Below, in pieces: positions 56,216 to 64,000 of a DNA stretch of 64,000 nt. Every line of letters starts with the position of its first letter. The first letter of the stretch is position 1. The notes under the pieces were generated by a model. That model searched no databases, was not told the DNA's origin, and saw only the letters and a program-made list of their open reading frames with translations. The translations under genes and the position numbers were made by a program. This DNA comes from Chrysomallon squamiferum (lineage: Eukaryota > Animalia > Mollusca): the NCBI GenBank assembly GCA_012295275.1, contig CM022674.1, positions 17,360,001 to 17,424,000 of the forward strand, written 5' to 3'.

Positions 56216-56509
56216 TCTGTGTGTGTTTCACGTCGGTTTTTAAATGACACAAAAGACAGAAACGTAAAAGGCAATTTTACTAAACAAGAGACAACTAACA
56301 AAACATTTTTTGAAAATTCCTGATCCACGACAGTTCACAACAATATATGCAACATAACAATACATGACTTGTCAACCCTCACAGTCTCTTAAATAGCGTT
56401 ATGAGCGTAGGTGTGTATATATGTATGTATGTATGTGTATGTGTATGTGTTTTTTGTGTGTGTGTGTGTGTGTGTAAAACTATATATATATATAATATAT
56501 ATATATATA

Positions 56510-57517
56510 TGTTACAGCCAATATGTGAAAGAAGTCATCTGGTCTAATGCCTGAAATGTTTAGGTTTAGCCTAACTCCCAAGACTGTCAGACATTTGGCC
56601 TAATGTCTAAGATTTCCAATAAATAGGCCAAACGACTGAAATAGACCTCAAGTCATTAGGCAAAATGACTGAATGAAAAATAAATGACTTACAATTGGAT
56701 GAAGAGATTTATTTCGTAACTCATATAGTAGTGTTCTATTTATTACAGCAGTTCAAACGTTTGTTCTCGAAACATACACGTTTTGTTTGACACCTCTTTT
56801 TTCCTCTATAGTTGCATTTCACAAACCCTTGTCCTCCTGCGTAACTCCTTTGACACTGCTGCTCTAAAAGCATTTTGACACATCATACAACAAAAGCAGT
56901 TTCTGGGAATTTGGTTTCAAACACATCAAACTGGTTCCTGGTAGACTGTTCATTGTCATCAGTATCTACAATCACACCCAGCAGGCTCCTGGGGTCACCA
57001 CGGCCCCTGTCCACAGCTGGAACAGGCACTGCCACGTTGTCTCTCTCTCCTTCTTCTCCGGCAGACAACACAACGCGACTGCGTTTGATCATCCGCTCGT
57101 CTTGCTGAAACTGTTCATCTTCGGCGAATTTTTGCTTGGCGCTGACGTCGTCACAGGAACTCTACTTTTGGCGTCAACTGGTCATCCTCGGAGTGGGACC
57201 GCAGCTGGTCAGACCTGGCGTCTTCATCTGTTTGGCGTTTCTTGCTCAGTTTCTGCACGTCTGCGCACTGAAGAATTTGAAACGTGGACATGAGGTAGTA
57301 AGTACTCGTGGTGTGTTTTTCCTGTGGTCAACAGATATCTTCTTTAGCTGGTCCATAATCAAGACGTGCTCTTCCTTTGGAATGTACACTCTCTTGCATA
57401 ACTCATACTTCTTAATCAATCTCTCTTAAAGCGGACTTCCAAAAGAACCACCATGATGGAAAAATAAGTGATCTGAATCCAATCAGGAACTACTGCATTT
57501 TATACCACCTATTAACA
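56510..57517 (-). mobile_element. Internally deleted integrase-type DNA transposon (Ginger / KRBA2-SCAND3-like)
   Basis: MIKRSRVVL..DNVAVPVPAVDRGRGDPRSLLGVIV..TRNQF, then GGQGFVKCN; candidate TGTTA...TAACA termini; flanked by microsatellites. Confidence 0.55.
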
Positions 57518-57518
57518 C

Positions 57519-57673
<155 letters not shown>

Positions 57674-58433
57674 GCATGCATATGCATTCATACATATTTA
57701 CAATACATACTGACATAGTTATATGTATTATTTTTAATCACCGTTACAAACATCCTAAGGGATTAAGAAAAACATCTTTGTTTTGTTTTCAAAGATAAAA
57801 CGTTATTTAAAATATTATCATAGTGGGGAAAAACGCCTCGCTTGGACATGCCATAAGCAAATTAAAATAAAATATATTTAACTATAGCAACCAAAGTTAT
57901 AAAGCCAAAGTCGTCAAGTTACAATCCATCCAATCTAACAACAGACATATGATTAATTAAAATACCTAAATACATTAATACATAATGATATGAGCCGCCT
58001 CCAATTAATGGGTATGCGCCGATTAAGGACCGCTGTAGACAAAATATGTCTTATCCCGAGTAAATTGATTACGGCAATAATCTTGACAACAACTAAAATA
58101 CCTAAATACATTAATACGTAACGATATGAGCCGAGTGCTATAAAATAACGCACAGACCAGTGTCCAGTTACAACGCACTTGGCTGTCCAGCACTAAACAC
58201 GTTCGGAACTCGGCTCATCTCACTTTCATTTTTATATTTAGACTGGACCCCATTGCTCCCAGACTGCATTCCCCAAAGTATTTATATAGCAAAATACCCA
58301 CGGTTAAAATCACCAAAGACAAAAATAAACACGGTTATAATATTCATGTGTTTTTGCATAAACTAGATTTTGTGTTTATAATCAACCTTTTTTATATGTG
58401 TGTGTGTGTTTGTATTTATCATTATTATTATTA

Positions 58434-58470
<37 letters not shown>

Positions 58471-59198
58471 CGTAGTCGTAGTAGTAGTAGTAGTAGTAGT
58501 AGTAATTTTATTATTATTTGATTGTTTGTTTTATTTTTATTTATTTATAATCATGTTGACGCATATATATATATTGAAATAAATAAATTAATAAATAAAT
58601 AAAACAGGCACAAATTTAAATAAATAATTCAACAAATAATCAAATGACCACACAAACAAACAAACTGAAATAAAGAATGAAAATGTTTTCCTTTTATTAC
58701 AGAGATAACACGAATTCTTTTCAAATCTACAGTCAACACTGGTAGAAGTTTCAGGAATTTTTCCTCCAGAAAATACATTTTTATATCAGCAGTGAGGATC
58801 ATTTTACAAACTATTTTATACAGTACAACACATACTATAATTTTTATATAAAGTCAGCACTAACAAACACGAATGTGATAAAGACAAACTCGATAAAGCT
58901 GGGATCGATCCTTATAATCTACCGGTATCAGGAGAACGTTTCAAATACCAGTAATAGTTCTCGTTTTTATATTATCATAAATTTATCTTTATCCAGAACA
59001 CGAATTAAAATAAAATAATTCAGCAACATTTGCTTACATAAATTTAAATTTAACAACTCTTTCCAAAGAAAACAATTATAAAACTAAATTTAACAAGTGT
59101 TATAAATTTACATTTAGCAATTGTTTCAAAATTAGTAGTATATAAATTTATATGAAATAAATGCTAAAAGAAATAAACAATTCAGATATTTTCTTTCT

Positions 59199-59236
<38 letters not shown>

Positions 59237-59928
59237 GATGGCATTGTTTTCAGTATTTTGATTAAACAAAACATTCCTGTAAATTGGAATAGTGTTTCGT
59301 TTTTTATTTTTATTTCATTTCTCAAGTTAATAATTTAGGCTAGCACTATTGTCTCGTTTCAACTAATAAAACTGTTTTAATTAAAAAAAGACGACTGTAG
59401 AGTTTTCATTACAGTTTTAGTTCAAAACAGAAGTTGTTGGAATTTTCATCACAGTTTTAATTCAAATCCGAAGATACTCGAATTTTCTTTACAGTTTTAC
59501 TTCAAAACAGAATTTTCGTCACAGTTTTAGGTCAAATCAGCATATGATGGAATTTTCATTACAGTTTTAGTTCGAAGGTGAAGATGAACACATTTCCATT
59601 ATAATTTTAGTTCAGAAAAGGAGATGGTGGAATTTTCAGTACAGTTTTAATTCAAAACAGAAATAGGTCGAATTGTTATAACAGTTTTCGTTCAAAAATT
59701 GAAGGTGGTCGAATTTTCTTTAGAGATTTAGTCCAAAACAGGAGATTGTGAAATTTTCTTTACATTTTTAGTTCAAAACAGAAGACGGTCATTTTTGTTA
59801 TTACAGATATAACTTTAGACAAAAGACACACAAATTTTCCTAAGACTGTTTGTTCAAAACAGAAGATAGTCGAATTTTCACTACAGTTTCAATTTATAAC
59901 AGAAGATGTTCAAATTCTCAATCCTGAT

Positions 59929-62395
<2,467 letters not shown>

Positions 62396-63697
62396 TTTGT
62401 AAATGGTATCAATGTCGAAATTCAGATATCTGTATTCAGAAATAAATTAATCTACTTATATGAAGAGATTTCAATCGTTATTCCACAGAGCCAAATAAAC
62501 TAGTAATTTCTTCTCCTAATGTTTCCAAGGCACTGTCACTACCCTAATGAACTTTTCAAATATATTAAACGTTTGACACAAGTTTCTGTTTTCAGTTCTG
62601 TGTTAAATAAAACCTTTTCTAATAATTTCTGCAGCTTCTCTCGGTTCAGCTGAAATATACAGAAGCCAAACAGAACGGTAATCAAATTCGGTGAACAAAT
62701 ATGTTATGCTACAGTGAATATGGATAATTTTATTAATAATGTAGTGATTATTGATATTTTTGTGTAAGTTATACTGATTCTTTCAATTCATCTGAAATAA
62801 ATAGAAGGCGAACAGAATTGTTTATTCGTATAATAGTCATCAGGGAAATGATCATTTGAAATATGATTTGTTCTGTCTTGCTTCAGCGATTGGTTTAGGG
62901 CGAAATGTTTGTTATCTTTCTTTTTGTTGCTGTATCTTTGTGGGTTTTTGTTACTGAGGGGAGTGTGTTTCTATATGGTTTTTCTGTGTATTTGTTATTG
63001 AGTCATGTTGTTGCTTTTGTTGTTCGTACTGTTGTTTTATTCTATTAATATATATTTGTAAGTGTATATCGTGTGGGTTCTAGTAGGTTTAGAGGAAGCT
63101 AGTATGTACAGAGGAATTTTTAGTATGTACATCTTGTAATAAATTTTAGTAGTATGTATATCTTGTAAATGTTTTAGTAGTAGTAGTAATAGTAATAGTA
63201 GTTTTAGAGGCAGCAATTTTAGTATTTATTTTGTTATTTTTAGTAGTAGTAATTGTAGTAATAGTATAGTAGATTTTTAGAGTATAGCTAGCATATGTAT
63301 ATTTTTTAATTTTTTAGTAATAGTAATTATAGTAATAATACAGTAGGTTTAGAGGAAGCTACTATATACATCTAGTTAATGTTTTAGTGGTTGTAATTAT
63401 AGTAATAGTATAGTAGGTTTAGAGACAGATAGCATGTATATCTTGTTAATGTTTTTTAGTAATAATAATTGTAGTAGTATAGTAGGTTTAGATAGCTAGT
63501 ATGTACATTTAGTTAATGTTTTAGTGGTTGTAATTATAGTAACAGTATAGTAGCTTTAGAGGAAGCTAGTATGTACATTTAGTTAATTTTTTAGTGGTTG
63601 TAATTATAGTAATAGTAGAGTAGGTTTAGAGGTAGCTAGTATGTACATCTTGTTAATTTTGTTCTAATGTCACTAAACAAAATTCAAGTCAAATCAC

Positions 63698-63861
63698 CTT
63701 TTCATACTGCTGGTTGTGAAAATAATTCCATTCCATGGGATAAAAGTTATATCCCCCAGAAATGTTTTCGTATTAACTGGGATTTGAACACGATCTTCAC
63801 CCCGCACATTTTCCGATATCAACAGCAACTGATCCTTATTTATCCAAATTAGTCAGTGATC
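63698..63861 (-). pseudogene. Exon of a second copy of the PAN-YWTD gene
   Basis: Near-identical to 23676-23839, including the TGA. Confidence 0.55.
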
Positions 63862-63881
63862 TGATGATAATAATTACAAAA

Positions 63882-63925
<44 letters not shown>

Positions 63926-63956
63926 AAAAAAATAAACAAACAAACAAACAAACAAA

Positions 63957-63995
<39 letters not shown>

Positions 63996-64000
63996 GTACA

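Overview
AT-rich, microsatellite-dense, intron-containing animal DNA (inference: mollusc, possibly cephalopod) with two 200-N gaps. All exon models below were read by hand from splice signals and codon phase; none is database-verified. Two segmental duplications dominate the window: ~1200-4623 vs ~34500-38043, and ~13400-23980 vs ~48770-64000. Genes: (1) two copies of a WWE/mono-ART PARP (TiPARP/PARP12-like) whose last exon ends in a CaaX motif (CAIL*); (2) two intact PAN/apple + fibrinogen C-terminal (FReD) genes; (3) a disrupted PAN + YWTD beta-propeller gene; (4) a tyrosine decarboxylase pseudogene with a Ty3/gypsy remnant just upstream and an orphan duplicated exon; (5) the main finding, largely invisible in the ORF track: a minus-strand multi-exon gene encoding signal peptide + mannose-6-phosphate-receptor-homology (MRH)-like ectodomain + transmembrane helix + TKL-like protein kinase, present as two copies damaged in complementary places. 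Also present: LINE, SINE, MULE/FLYWCH and Ginger-like fragments, a TTAGGG-derived composite satellite and several minisatellites.
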